The translations under genes and the position numbers were made by a program. Shown in pieces: positions 63,989 through 64,000 of a stretch of 64,000 nt of DNA. A model generated the notes under the pieces. The model searched no databases and was not told where the DNA came from. It saw only the letters and a program-made list of their open reading frames with translations. How positions within the stretch are numbered: the stretch's first letter is position 1; each line of letters opens with the position of its first letter. This DNA comes from an uncultured Pelagibacteraceae bacterium (GTDB lineage: Bacteria > Pseudomonadota > Alphaproteobacteria > Pelagibacterales > Pelagibacteraceae): assembly GCA_902627935.1 (NCBI GenBank), contig CACOLA010000003.1, forward strand, positions 93,171-157,170, read 5' to 3'.

Positions 63989-64000
63989 TCTCTACCTTTA

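Overview
This is a very AT-rich (roughly 28-30% GC by eye), almost gap-free window of core genome from a streamlined marine alphaproteobacterium, most likely SAR11/Pelagibacterales. That call rests on gene order, composition and the crtI-crtB-crtY-blh cluster next to the F0 ATPase genes. In order it contains: the groES 5' end; HAD-ribF-ileS-lspA-DUF3035-pgi; rsmD/purD; a lipid A block (msbA-waaA-lpxK-lpxL) with ubiA; a small mixed block (DUF2721, qor, pirin, DUF924, haloacid dehalogenase); the aa3 oxidase operon, including a 41-aa CoxF-like ORF missing from the ORF track; thrC; prx; a long minus-strand run (DUF721-dsbA-smc-atpIBEF'F-crtIBY-blh-ispH-thrB-rnhA); mutY; a flavin monooxygenase; ccrM; rnhB; udg; TPR-ispE-tRNA-Gln-cca; greA; hemF; trmL; petABC; ychF-pth-rplY-prs-pgeF-midA-lgt; a PetP/PetR-like regulator pair with a kinase; ilvE; pgsA; uvrC; folB. 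I saw no mobile elements, CRISPR arrays or rRNA. The most interesting signals are a short SMC that appears to lack a hinge, a ccrM upstream region with two GANTC sites inside a sigma70-like promoter plus a candidate NrdR-box pair, and two divergent genes whose start codons share one CATG palindrome. All family calls come from motif recognition, not database searches.
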